Shown: positions 29,943 to 45,947 of the stretch, in pieces | How positions within the stretch are numbered: the first letter of the stretch is position 1 | Layout: each line of letters begins with the position of its first letter | Assembly (NCBI RefSeq): GCF_009914755.1 | Contig: NC_060945.1 | Direction: 5' to 3' (one strand) | DNA: 64,000 bases | From: the human T2T-CHM13v2.0 reference genome, Homo sapiens | The notes under the pieces: model-generated | Told to the model about the DNA's origin: nothing | The model's database searches: none | The model's input: only the letters and a program-made list of their open reading frames with translations | Made by a program: the position numbers and the translations under genes

Positions 29943-30669
29943 TCCCACAAAAATTATTTTTAAATGACACAAAGAATATCCAAGAGATTTCAGGAATATC
30001 ATATTCAACAGAACGAAGCCCTGGTAGCCAAAGCAAAACTACTTGGCCAATCACAATAGGTAACTCCAGATGGATGGACTTTTGATGAAAGACTGCCAAC
30101 AGCTGCTGCACTGGAAATGAGGATTTATCTGACAGTTCCCTGGGAGCAGTAGCCACCCTGTTAAACCATCTGTCATGAGTTTGGCAAATGAAAACCACTG
30201 GAGAAACAAAACCACTATTTACCAAGAATAATTAAAATAGAAGGTCTTATTGTTCAAATAATAAAACACAACATTTACTGAGGCCTTAAGATTCTGCACC
30301 TTGGTTACCTGATTAGAAAAACAAACAACTGTTTCTTCAATTATGGCTATTAATTTTAAAACAAATTATGTCTTCAATCATGTATGAGGATAGAAAAATT
30401 CTCATTACTAAAGTACCAGTGAAAGTTTACTGAAATAAGTGGAATAAAAGTAAAATTTCAGTGATATGGAAATAATCACTGAAAAAAAAACGAGGGTGAA
30501 ATATGGTAGTCAATCTTCTGCCTGGCCCTACCCACACCTACCCATAGGCATCTAACACCATCTGACAATGAAAGAGAATAATGAAACAGAAAATGCTAAT
30601 CAGCCCCCAATTCTACCACTATCTCTTTCTTTGTTTACCCTAGTCAATATTGCCAAATATAGCTTTTTA

Positions 30670-30846
<177 letters not shown>

Positions 30847-31033
30847 TCAATAAATCCATTGCCTCTAAGTGGTACTTCTCTAGAAATCATTCATAAGATA
30901 TGGCTACATTTAACATTACAGGCTAAATTAAAAGATAACCAATACAAAGTGTAGAAAAGAACAGAAACCTCAATTATGCTAGTATTTTTAAATACCTTTA
31001 TGAAAAAAATTGAAAAAAAAACTTTTCATCCTA

Positions 31034-31276
<243 letters not shown>

Positions 31277-31686
31277 TCAATTTTCATAGCTTATAAAACT
31301 AGGTTATCTCCACAGTCAAAAATAGAGTTCAAATGTGCAACTCTTTTAAAATTACTCATTGAGATTAACAAATTGCTTAAATTCAGGTAAAAACACAATC
31401 TACCTACCCTAACAAATTAAAAATTAAAAATAAGAGTGCCAGTATTGCAGTTTTCAGTCTATTTCTTCAAGGAGGCAAACTTAACCCTGAGGCCTCTGAA
31501 AACACAAATTGAACCTGACAATATTCAAAATTTTAAGCTTACATACAGTTAAAATTTTTAAATTAAAATTTTTAAAAAGTCAAGTCAAAATGGATAAAAT
31601 AATCCCACATGACAAATGGCTAATTTTCTTAAATTTTAAGGGAGCGCAAATGAAACAGACTGGTATTTCTTGAAAAAATAAGGAGA

Positions 31687-31980
31687 AGCAGGCAGGGTGG
31701 CTGACGCCTGTAATCCTAGCACTTTGAGAGGCCGAGGTGGGTGGATCGCCTGAGGTCAGGAGTTTGAGACCAGCCTGGCCAACGTGGCAAAACCCCATCT
31801 CTACTAAAAATACAAAACTTAGCCAGCTGTGGTGGGGCACACCTGTAATCCCAGCTACTAAGGAGACTGAGGCAGGAGAATAGCTTGAACCCGGAGGTGG
31901 AGGTTGCAGTGAGCCGAGATTGTGCCATTGCACTCCAGCCTGGGCAACAGGGCAAGACTCTGTCTCAAAAAAAAAAAAAG
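31687..31980 (+). mobile_element. AluS
   Basis: Full dimer with A tail. Confidence 0.95.
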
Positions 31981-33421
31981 GAGAAAATCTGAGGAAGCTC
32001 AAAATATTTTAGCTTATTGAATAGTAGTTCTAACATACAGATAAGAAATGTCATTTACTGTGTACTGTGTACTGGCTACCAGGTTAACTCAGAGCACGTT
32101 TACAATGAGGGAACAAGGGCATTGGGAAGAGCATCATTTTAACAGCTGCTAAATGATGGAGAGAATGCTCATGGGAGCATTTCCTCTAGAAACATATCCA
32201 TTAAGATTCCTGCAAACATACACACAAGTTTTATATAGAGCATTCTTTGGGAATGCTCTTAACTTCAGTAGAGTTGACCTATTAGAATTAAGTCATATGA
32301 TGTAGTCTTTTAGCTGAGAGATGGGAATTTTTTAAACATGGATGATAAATGATTCCTATAAGCTTATAATTCATGTTCTTGCAAAAAGAAAAAGGATTTC
32401 CATTTTATTTTCTGCATGAACATAAAAGAAATGTGGGGGAAGAGGGCAGAGACATCCCACTGCCCTAATAAGCCAAAATGTGTATTTTTATACTGTAATT
32501 CAGAGTTATGCTTTCAGTATTTTATCTCATCAAAAGGAAGAGGAAAGACGCTGTACAGGCAGGCAACATAAAGTGCTTTAAAAAACACTGGTTTATCAAA
32601 GCCGGGATCTAAGTTCAAATCACATCTATACCACCTAAAAACTATGACTTTGGGCAAGGGGTGTGGGTGGGTGGGTGTGTGGGTGTGTCTGTTTTAATGG
32701 GGAGAAAGGGGGTCTCACTATGTTGCCTGGGCTGGTCTCCTCAGGTATTCTGGTGAATACTGATCAACCCACACGTGTGAAGAAATGACAGGAAGCCAGG
32801 AAAAGAACCAAATGAAAGTTCTGTGATAACAAAGGCCTGATGCACAAAAGGGCCAGCACCCACGCCTGTTCCCTCAGCCAGACTGAAAAAGCTGCATGAT
32901 ACATAGAGCAGTGGATACACTGCATAAAAGGGCCTTGCCTTAGAAGTCAAAAGTAAATCAGTTCTAGGCTGAGCACTGCTCCAAACCCATCTACCATATC
33001 TTAAAAAGATAAAATTGTTTCCGACTAGCTTAATTGTGTGACAGAACAAAGTGTAACACTTACAGGAATACAAAAATATACAGCACCCAACAAGGTAAAA
33101 ATTCACAATGTCTGACATAAAATGTAAAATTATAACACAGGTAATATATTAGGAAATACCCATAATGAAGAGATTTATTAATCAACCAACCAGAATTGGC
33201 ACATATGTTAGAATTAGCAAAGACATGAATGCAGTTATTATATTACGCATGTTCATTAAAAACATATATAAATGGAAGACATGAAACACACACCCAAATC
33301 CAACTTTTAGAGATGAAAACAACAAGCAGTAAGGTGAATACTATAAACACATTGGCTGGTGATACATAAGATATTCCGAAAGAAAATATAAATATATAAG
33401 ATAAAAATATAAAAAGACTCA

Positions 33422-33745
<324 letters not shown>

Positions 33746-34201
33746 TTATTCATTTCTGAATGTATATCATCATTGAGGGGAAAAAACTAAATCTTTTCTC
33801 ATAATGTCTATTTAGTGCCTAACTTGATGCCCCCCAAACGGTAGGCATTCAAGAAATGTGTATGAAACAAATATGTGATGTAGTTATATGATTTACTCTA
33901 TAAGCATAGCTAATATTTCATAAAACAAAGCAATAATAACTAATATTTTCCAAACATAAAACTAAAAAGATGCATATGTAACAAATTTTACACTAACATA
34001 GTGTAGACACAGCAATAAAAACTGAAGACACAGCAATAAAAATTATCCTAATGAAACAGTAAAAGAAAATAAAGCAAAAAAACAAAAAAAATCCAGAAAA
34101 GCCCCGAAATACAGAGACCATTTAAGGGAACAGAAGAAATTATGATATCCCAAACTAATAGATAACAGTTAAAAATGAGGAAAGAATCTGAATATTTCTC
34201 A

Positions 34202-34530
<329 letters not shown>

Positions 34531-36396
34531 TCAGTATCATTAGGCATCAGAGAAAGGCAAATCGAAACCACAATAATACTTCCTATAAGTTAAAAAAAAC
34601 AAAAGTATCCAGGATGTGAAAAAATTGGAACCCACATACACTGCTGCTGGAAATGTAAAATGGTATACCTGCTCCAAAAAAACCATTTGTCAGCCCTCAA
34701 AAGGTTAAACAGAGTTACCACGTAACCCAGCAATGCCACTCCTACATATGTACCCAAAAGAAAAAAAAACTTGCACATGATATTCACAGGAGGACTATTC
34801 ACCGCCAAATAATGGAAGCAATCCAAATGCCCATCAACTGATGAATGGATAAAAATGTGTTATATCCATACAATGGAATATGATTCATCAATAACAAGAA
34901 ATATCTTGGTTTCTAAATGCCTTTCTCCAATCAAACAGGCCATGGCCCCTGAAAAACTGCCTGATTCCACAGCTGAGGTAGGGAAAGTACAAGGTGAGCC
35001 TTGAACACTGCATATTGCCAGAAGCTATGAAAACACTCAAAGGCGATTCAAAAGAAAATGTCAAATGGACATAGGAGCCAACATGAAGGGGTTCCCAGTG
35101 GCCAAATCTGCAATAAGGTAGCAACAAAATAATGACAACAATTGAACACTGATTTTATTTCACAAAAATCTGAGTACATACTAATATAAATAAATGGGAA
35201 AGGAGAAGATGTATCTTATAGTAGAATTCCAACTAACACATGTAAGACAATGAAAACAAAAAATCATTATTTGAGGGAAGAATTATCAACGGATGCTACA
35301 ATTAGTGAGTGGAAACAGCATAAGAAACAAGATTTTTGCAGCACATAAATATATCCCCATGGGACACTAATTATAATGGAAAAAGTATTTACTTTACACT
35401 GGAGAAACCTGACACATACCCCCTAAATCAAATTATTAAAATCCTAAAATAATTGCACTGAGAAAGACACATTACCTTTCTGACATTTTTGCCAAAAATG
35501 CAAAACCTAAATTTAATCAAGAAAAAACATCAAACCCAAACTAATGGAAATTCTATAAAATAACTGCCCAGTAATCTTCAAAAGCCTTAAAGTCATGAAA
35601 GACAGTGAAAAACGGAGGGATCCTGGATTAAAGACTAAGATGACATGACAAATCCAAAATGTGAAAGGATATTAGTGAAACAGACAAAATCTGAATAAAG
35701 TCTATAGACAATAGTATCGTATTAATAATTTCCTGATTTTGATCACTGCAATGTGCTAGCTGTATAAGAAGGGAAATATAGGTATTCAGAAAATCCTTGT
35801 ACTATTTTTTTTAACTTTTTTTAAGTCTGAAATTATCTTGAAATCAAGTTTTTTAAAGTGCTATAAAAAATGGAGAGTACATATTGAAGAGAAATATCAA
35901 AATGCAGATATTCAGAGATTTTCTTGAAAATTATAAAAAGAGAAAAACATCAAAGGATGTTACAAATCAGTAAAAACACATAAAGAAAGCTTGGTGGTGA
36001 AAACAATGGACACAAGAGATATAGAGTACCCTTTCAAAAAGTTTCGCAAAAGGGAAATAATTCAGTAACAAAAATGCTTCATGAAGTCAAATGTAAGGTC
36101 TAAGAGACATATTCAAACCTGACTGGAGAAAGGTAGGAAGAAATTAAAATTGTTGGAGGGGATGAGCTAAGTGTAGGTACCAGGCCCTTGGAAGGCCAAC
36201 AGCAGTGGGATGCTAGCACTGGAGGACAGGCTGGCTTTAAATAGTTGTCTATTTCAGTAGAAAATCCATAATAAGACAACTTGAGGTAAAGCAGAAGACA
36301 GATGGAAGTCAAGTTCAATCTTTTCCTTGAAGGAAGACCAAGGGTAAAAGATTAAGAATGAGGTAGGAAAAGTAGAGGCTACATGAAGGATGTAAA

Positions 36397-36697
<301 letters not shown>

Positions 36698-36955
36698 AGG
36701 AGTTAAATTTAATGCAGGGTTACATGAGAAACGACAGCAAGCTATTAAGGTACAGCCAAAATCAAGCTGGAATCTAAGGTCAAGAATTAACAAAACAGAT
36801 AAACACGATGCTGTTGTCTTCTTTCAGTAAAGTTCAGTTACTGTAATAATTTGAATATATTGATCATAGAATACAAATATGTTTGTTCCATGTGCACTGG
36901 CAAATGTACATATTATAAAAATAAAATGTTTTCATTATTTAACAAATATATATAC

Positions 36956-37017
36956 CATTATCAGGAATTGGTTCCATGTCCCATGGGCTAAGTTTTTCAA
37001 TTTCAGTATTATCCCAC
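36956..37017 (-). CDS. BRWD1: BRWD1 exon (62 nt) [20 protein letters not shown]
   Basis: taacag acceptor, ATG|gtatat donor. Confidence 0.95.
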
Positions 37018-37620
37018 CTGTTAAAAAACAACAAATCTCTGGTTAGCCTTTCATAAAAACAAAATGTGGATAATAGGTATCCATTATAAAAATACAAAAT
37101 GTGAAAATTAACCTCACTGCAGCAGTACAATTTTAAATATTAACAGTAAATTTTTTTAAGAAGGATATATTATTAAAATAACAGGTTTAAGAACAAAACC
37201 AGAAATCCTATGTGGCCTGCACCCAAAGTGAACAATAACTGAAAGACAAGGCATGAAGCCCTTGAATTCCACTACAGCCACAGTCAATGGTTTTTATCCC
37301 ATTGCCAATGAAGAGGCGTCAAAGGTTTCTTTGAAGAAGATTAATGATATAGTATCTGCTTCTGAACTAGGACACTGACAATACGAGGTAAAGGAAATAT
37401 TAGGTGGCTACAGAAATAGTTCCAGGAAAGCAAGCAGAACCTGAACCAAGGGGAGTACTGGTGAATAGGAAACAAAGAGTAGGTGCATGTCTGAGAGACA
37501 TTTCGGGTCAGCCTGACATGACTTAATGACAGATAAAAACCATGTTTTTTTAAAAACCAGAAATGTATTATTTATACAGCAACCTGCCACACTGAATTAC
37601 TGGGAAATGATTAGTTTTCA

Positions 37621-37782
<162 letters not shown>

Positions 37783-39391
37783 CTAACATTCATTAACATT
37801 TTTTTAATCTACAAAATACCATATGATACAGATAAAAAAGAAGCCAAAAGCACAATACAAAAACAGGCAAGCAGCGCTCCTAAACAAACCAAGAAAAATA
37901 TGGCATAAAAAATTTAACTTTTAGATTAAATGCATTTCTAGATGTATTTTACAACTCTAACACTTCAACCAGTGAAATAAACTGCACTAGATCTGTGTTT
38001 AACATTCATTACAATAGAAACATGAACTGCTGCAGTAACCATATCTCTTCCTTCTTACCCTTCCCACCATTTACAAAACAAAACCAATGAAACAATAAAA
38101 GTCACCTATCCAGCACTGATGATTCTTCGGGATATAGATCAACAGTTCTTTTCTCAAGGAAAGTTTTATAGAAATAATCAAAATTAAAGCTACAATTTAT
38201 CCCCAAGAAAGAATATAATATACCTGGCAAACAGTCTTGAATAATTAAAGTATGCTTACAGTGAATTCTTCAAAGGTTTGAAAAAAAATAATGCCATAAC
38301 TACTAGACCTACATGTTTTAGTCTTTAGCATATTTTCAAACTTATGTAAACATGAGTTTTACATATATTTTACTTCAAAATCACTTGAAACCATAGCCCC
38401 TGAAAGAAATCTAAGGAGACTAGTATAGCTTTAAACTTACAATTTAAGATAAACCACACCATGATTTTATCCAAATCTCTAATACCCTAATTTAACATAA
38501 ACATTAATTACAACTGAATGTAATAATAATAAATTATTGTCATAAAATCAGCTGCCTCAATTTTGAGAGGCCAAACATAAAAACATGTTAGAAGAGAGTC
38601 TTTGATATAAAAAATTAAGTGTATATTTTTCTTGCTATTTACCTAATACTAGAAGATAATTTCAGTTTAGATAAAAATATTTCTTCATACAAAAACAACC
38701 CTTTAAATAAAAAGGAGCCTGAAAAAATTAAGTTTTCTCATAATAAAAGTGTCTTTTCTATGTTTTTGCTAGCTGATCACCCTGGTAATCTTATGTTAAG
38801 GCTTTTCAAATAAACCTACTTTGGCCTTTCAAGAGAAGGATAAAAATCCACTGTAAAAATGAAAACAAGCAACTTCTTCTTGCCATACTACTCAAATTCC
38901 ACGCAAAAATGGGGAAGCAAAATGAATTAAAGTGTAGTATAACAGGTCTGGTCCAATAATTTCTCAACCACAAAAATAAAACAAAAACCACTAAATTACA
39001 GGAGGCATCTGGGACTCCATCTCTAGAGTTTAACTGTAGATAATTCAGTTTTAAAAAAATTAATGGACATGTTGGCAAAAATGAGAGCCTCTTACACCTC
39101 ATGGGAGCTGAAAAATCATAATAGCTGGGAAGCTTTAAAGTTATTTGGAACACAACTATACAACCTGCTAATGTTGCTTCATGTTATTTTTGTGGCTGTA
39201 TGTTTTTCTTCAAGAAAAATTTTCTCTGCATCTACTCCCAAAATAATCTTGATTACTTGTGTAGATGTTACCAGGAGAATAATCTATAAAGAGGAGCCAC
39301 ACGCCCTGACAATCTTTCACGTCAGATGAGGATGATTAGGGACTTTATCTAAAATTTACCTTCTTGTAGTACCACACAAAAAGGCAGCAGT

Positions 39392-39733
39392 GGCCAGATA
39401 TGGTGGCTCACACCTGTAATTCCTACACTTTAGGCAGGCTGAGGCAAGAGGATTGCTTGAGCCCAGGAATTCAAAACCAGCCTGGGCAATACAGCAAGAC
39501 CCTGTCTCCACAAAAAAAATTAAAAATTAGCTGCACATGGTGCAGCTTCCAGAATTTACATGTTTGTATGCACTATAATTAAGAGTCCCACAGCCAAAAA
39601 GGAGGCTGAGGTGGGAGGATCGCTTGAGCCCAGGAAGTTGAGGCTGCAGTGAGCTCTGATTGCACCACTGCCCTTCAGCCCGGGCAACAGAGCAAGACCT
39701 TGTGTCCAAAAAAAGAAGGAAAGAAAGAAAGAA
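39392..39733 (+). mobile_element. AluJ carrying a 57-bp foreign insert
   Basis: Alu dimer in which the cctgtagtcccagctac segment is replaced by 39546-39602. Confidence 0.92.
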
Positions 39734-40557
39734 ACTGCAGTAACTAGAAAGATCAATGTCTTAACATCATTTATGAATGTGTACACCAGATGACACAGCC
39801 TGGGTAAAACTTAGTATTTCTAACAAAAATCCAAGAACTGATAAAAGAATGAACCATCCTACTTCTAACTCAATACACAAGCTCCCTGGATAGCATTACA
39901 CACTGAACATATATTTGTACACCTGTGAAACAGGTACTACAGTTACTATTAACAGTTGCTATTACTACCCAGCCTAATGACAGTCATTCAATCATCAATT
40001 ATATCCTGAGATTAATAATCTACACAACTCTGAATAAGTGAGCCCTCCTTAAATGATCATCACAAAAATCACATTCGAGTAATTTAGTACCTACATTGAG
40101 GTACTAAAATTACTCCAATGTGTAATTTTACTCGAATGTGTAAAATTACATTGAGGTAATTTTAATTTTTTAATTTTTCTGCCCACCTATACATTACATG
40201 GTTATAAAGCAAAGTGTATATGAATTTTTTATTTCTTAACAAAACAGTGTCAAGTCTTCCCATTTAAGTCTACGTTGTTATGATATCAAGGGTAAAATAA
40301 TTGGGTATACCAGAACATTTTCAGTGTGAAATCTGAAATTACTTTTCAACCTTCTGATCATTTTAGATCCTAGTATAATTGTGTAAATTATGCCAATGTT
40401 ACATCAAAGATAATTATATACAATATAGTACAGGGAAGTCTAAAAGGAAGTAAGTCTACCCTAGCCTATAGTCAAGGAGTGAAAATAATCTTTTCCAAAT
40501 GTCATGAACCAAAAGAACAGAAGAAAAGTTGCTCGTCTAAAAAAGTCTACATAATAG

Positions 40558-40820
40558 GGCTGGGCACGGTGGCTCACACCTCTAATCCCAGCAGTTTGGG
40601 AGGCAGAGGTGAGTGGATCATGAGGTCAGGAGTTCGAGTCCAGCCTGACCAACATGGTGAAACTCTGTCTCTACTAAAAATACAAAAATTAGCCGGGCGT
40701 AGTGGCGCACACCTGTAATCCTAGCTACTCAGGAGGCTGAGGCAAGAGAATCGCTTGAACTTTGGAGGCAGAGGTTGCAGTGAGCTGAGATCACACCATT
40801 GCACTCCAGCCTGGGTGACC
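40558..40820 (+). mobile_element. AluS with 3' end replaced by a C-rich sequence
   Basis: Alu consensus to gggtgac; TSD aaagtct(a/g)cataat. Confidence 0.92.
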
Positions 40821-40945
40821 TAGGGAGAAAATGCCTGCCCTGCCCACCGTCCCCCGGCCCCTACCAAGAAAGTCTGCATAATCAGTAAGTACCAAGCCGT
40901 AAGCAAAATATATTTATAGGTCACTTATATCTCTTCCGGAATTTA

Positions 40946-41155
<210 letters not shown>

Positions 41156-41189
41156 TTAAACTCTCTACATAGCAGGTTATATAGTCTAA

Positions 41190-41535
41190 AAGCAGCACTG
41201 TCCAAAAGAAACATGAGATCTACGAATGTAATTTTTAATTTTCAACCAGCTATATTTTAAAAGGTAAAACAGTAAACTTCATAGCATATTTTAAATATAT
41301 CCAAAATATTATTTCAATGTTATCAAAACAAAATAGAGATCTGACATATTTTTTCTTCATAACTACTCTTCAAAATGCAGTGTGTACATTCACAACACAT
41401 TCATTTCTTTAAAAAAAAATGTTTATGCCTCATACTCTGCCAAGTCACATATTAAGACATTCAATCAAACCATCCATATTTCAAGTGAGCAGTAGCCACA
41501 TGTGACTAGTGGTAACCTTATTAGACAGCACAGGT
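41190..41535. mobile_element. MER33/MER3-like hAT element
   Basis: cagcactgtccaa... to ...agtagccacatgtgactagtgg...ttagacagcacag. Confidence 0.6.
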
Positions 41536-41798
41536 GTAGGAAATTATTTATTCTGAATTTTTTCAAAAACAAAGGGCAGAAAAAATTTGGCCCGTATGTC
41601 AGAATTCCCCACCCACATAAGCAGCATGAAAACCATATAAAACAGACTGCCCACACTTAACTATAACTGTGACATGCCTACTATGACTTCAGGGTCAGGG
41701 ATGGGTTTCCTAGCCATCAGAAGCTCGAGCCACATCTTAGGCTATCCACAGTGCTCTACCAGTTACCCTGGAGTTAAATGGGAAGGGCATGCTAATCA

Positions 41799-42002
<204 letters not shown>

Positions 42003-42289
42003 TTAATGGTTAAAATAAAAGCAATTCCTTAATACTATAATTCTCCACATACTGTTATATTAAGTAAACTCATAATTTAGGCTTCCAAACCCGCAGACAA
42101 GTTTAATTAATACCATTAATTACATTCAATTTTGCTAAAGTTAATCTCCACATATTTAATACAGTTTCTAATACAAAGAACATCCTTTAGAAAATACATT
42201 ACAAAAGTGTAAGATTGAAAACACAAATCTCGGATTAGCGCAATATCTAACGACAATCACTGTTAAAAATCTAACATATTTCCTTCTGG

Positions 42290-42584
42290 CTTTGTTTTGG
42301 AAACAGGATCTCACCATGTTGCCTAGGCTGGAGGGCAGTAGCACAATCATGGCTCACTGCAATCTCAAACTCCTGAGCTCAATCAATCCTCCCACATCAG
42401 CTTCCCGAGTACCTGGGACTGACTACAGGTACAACATGCCACCACACCAAGCTAATTTTTTATTATTTGTAGAGACAGGTCTCCCTATGTTGTCCAGACT
42501 AGTCTCGAACTCCTGGGCTCAAGTGATGCTCCCACAACAGCTTCCCAAAGTGCTGGGATTATAGGTGTGGCCTGCCACACCCAG
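42290..42584 (-). mobile_element. AluJ
   Basis: Alu consensus, diverged. Confidence 0.9.
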
Positions 42585-42934
42585 TCAATGCACATTTTTA
42601 TTTATATAGCTTTATATTATACAGTGAAAATGTGTAAGCATTCTACTTATTCATAAGTGTTCTTCAAAATCTTGATATTAAGTTTCTGCCTAATACATTC
42701 AGTAAGTAATATTTGTTGAGAATCTACCATATGCTATGACCTCTTCTAGGCAGTAGGGACAGGACGGTAAACAAGTGAAAGTCCCTACCTGGATGGAGTA
42801 TCCATCAAATGGATTTGCCATAGTCAACCTTCCCCCCAGTGTCTGCTTCTCTGATACTAGGAATACAACAGATCATTCATCCACTTATTCACTGAACAAA
42901 TGTTATTATTATAATGTACCAAACAAAGTGCTAA

Positions 42935-43550
42935 GCATAGTTTTCATTATTCACAGCAGTTATGTTCTATAGTCACCTAGAACACTGAAATAAAATACTA
43001 AATCAGTGCTATAGAGAATATATAGGGATAGGTTCCTGCAAAATTCTGGTCACAACACTGTAGTAAACCAGTGCATACGTAACTTGGTTTTATGCGTGTT
43101 TCCGTTTAAAGGTACCTTATTTAATATGTTGTTGATTTGCAAACATTTAACTGATACCTGAATGAAGCTTATCTAACATACCTTCTCCATAAGGCACATC
43201 TCAGCCTTCTAGCACTTAAGAACACTAGAGAGCATGTCAGCACTACGCTTAGGGGCCATTTTAAACAGCAAAGTCACCAGAAAAAGCACAAAAATGGAAA
43301 ACATGTGGCACTGAATAGACCATGAAAAGGACACTTGTTTGCAGTGCGAGAGCTTAAAAAAAAAAAAAGGCAGAGCAACACCTTGTTCAACCTCAACTAG
43401 AAACATGCTCGTCAGGCAAGTCAAATTTTTCACCACCCTGAGCATGTCCAGAAATGACCAAAAGGCTCTGAGAGTACTGTTTGGGGGATTACAAATAAAG
43501 CAAGTACGCAGTTCACAAATACAGAATCCAAGAATAATGAGGATGGACTG
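42935..43550. mobile_element. MER82-like Tigger-family element
   Basis: tcattattcacagcagttatgttctat... to ...gaataatgaggatggactg followed by ta. Confidence 0.7.
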
Positions 43551-44718
43551 TACTTAGGTACACAGTCCTAAGTTAAACAGACATAAATAAAACCGCCAAT
43601 GTATATAAAGCCTAACTTATACAAGCAGAGCCATTAAGTTGAATATAAGTGTTAAAAACAGCTATATTTGTTAAAATAACTAGCATTTTCTTCATTTTCT
43701 AAGTTTTTAAAAGTATCAAAATCTGTAGAATAAAAATATAAAAAATAAAAAAACACGTGTACTACTACCCCACAGATCATCACCATTGACATTTTGATGT
43801 TGTTCTTTTGATTGGCTGCAAATGTTTTCAAAATTTTGCTACCATAACCAGAAATACCACTTCACACCCCATTTTTCCTATTAGTAATACACTGTGAAAA
43901 TGTATCCATCATTCATTCAACAAATATTTTTCAACCTTCAAGTACAAGATGGGCTGTACATAGTAAGTGACTGTGTGAATGCACCATGATTTGGTTCATT
44001 CACTATTGTGGAATATCTGAATTTTTTTTTTCCAGCTTTGTTTCTGTCAACAGTGAGTGAACTACAATACTCATATATTTACAAGCATTTCTGCTTGTTT
44101 TCCAAATTACCAGAAGAGTAAAATCACAGAATTAAAAGTTCCAAATATTTTTCAGTTTCAACTACTATTAACAAAATATCCCCTAGAAAGCCTGGACCAC
44201 TTCACACACCCCACCAGCAATCTGAATAACTGTTAACAAACCAACATCTTTGCCACTTGCTAAAATGTGGAATTCTTTCTTGAGCTAAAAACAAACGAAA
44301 TCACAAAATTGGCTAAGTATTGAAAAGGAAAAATTATTATTTCCTTATTTTATTATCCATGAGGTTAAACCCTTCTTCCAGTTTTTATTTCTTCTTTTGA
44401 AAACTTGCATTTCTTCCTCTGAAAATCTGTCTTGGATACATAAACATTTTTAAGAGTGATAATATATATATTGCCAAGCTGCCTTTCTGAAACTCTAGGT
44501 TGTTGCATTTAACATTTTACACACCAATCAGCAACATACAAATTTTGCCCATTGACAAACAAGCCATTCCCACAGGATCTTAAGGTTTGGTTACAGCAGA
44601 AATGTTATCAAGTAGGAAAGAAAGTAATAAAATATGTTTCCAACAGGTTTTTAAATAGATTTGTAAGTAATTTAACTATGTATGTGCTAAAATGTTTAAT
44701 GATTTAATAATGCCATCA

Positions 44719-44832
<114 letters not shown>

Positions 44833-44920
44833 CTACAAAAGGGAAATATGCATTTAAAAATTAAGAGCAATATAAACTTTATGTTCCATATTCGTGTTTT
44901 TAAATTTGTATTACTCTCAC

Positions 44921-45046
44921 CTCATCACCCATTTGAGGAACAAAAGGAGATTTTCTAAGTGTGGTGTCAGTAATCCAAACTGGAGGGTGAAATTCATATA
45001 AATGCTCCATATTTGCAAGCTCTGCTGGAGTCATCCTCCGCAAATT
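44921..45046 (-). CDS. BRWD1: BRWD1 exon (126 nt) NLRRMTPAE...[19 protein letters not shown]
   Basis: tggtag acceptor, GAG|gtgaga donor, 42 codons. Confidence 0.95.
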
Positions 45047-45431
45047 CTACCAAGGGGAAGAGAACAAAGTTTCTTAGATTAGAAAGGGGCAGCATGCACT
45101 GTCTGAATGAAAAATAAAAGAAACTTTCACCATTCAGAATGACTATTTTTGCCATGTCCATCTAATGATTAGTTTTCACACAGCATATATATTTAGTTCC
45201 TTTACACAGGAATATATCACTTAAAAAAGCATTGTAAATCTACCTAACATTTTCCTAGCATCATCTCCTAAATTTCTGATAGATTCTTCATGCTATTTTA
45301 CATCCCATTTTAGGGGGCTAATACCCAGCCTAAATCCTCTTTTACCCATAGCCTGTTCTGCCAAGACTCCACTCTGAGTTTGGCCACAGGCTAATCATCA
45401 CAAGGAGTCTCCTCTTGATTTTAGGTTGTAA

Positions 45432-45947
45432 GACCGGTGATTTCAAAATATGCCTACAAATTCCCCAATAGTTCTCTCCTTTTCAAGAAGTGGAAGTCTC
45501 CTCCTCTTAAGTGTGGACTACACTTAATGACTCACTTCTACCAAATATAATAAAGCCGATGAGACTATGTGCAACTTCTAAGACTAGGTCATAAATGGGG
45601 GCTTATCCCTGGCTACTGTTAAATCATTCACTCTGAGGAAAATCATAACTCAAGCAGCCAGCTTGAGTTGAAAATCAACACTCAAGCAGCCAGCTAAGGA
45701 GAGACCTGTGTGGCAAGGAACTGAGGCCAAAAGCCATATGAATAAGCTCGGAAAGAATATCATCCAACCCTCATCAAGTCCTCAGATGACTGCAGCCCCA
45801 GTCAACATGTTGTAACCTCATGAGCCAAAATCACCCAGTTAAATCAGCTCCCAGTTCCTGATCAACCAATACATGAAATATGCAACGTTTGCCATGTAAA
45901 CACCTAAATTTTAGGGTGGTTTGTTATATACAGCAATAGATAAATAC
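45432..45947 (+). mobile_element. MLT1 (MaLR) solo LTR, diverged
   Basis: ctcagatgactgcagcccca, ggaactgaggcc, ends ggtttgttatatacagcaatagataaataca. Confidence 0.7.
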
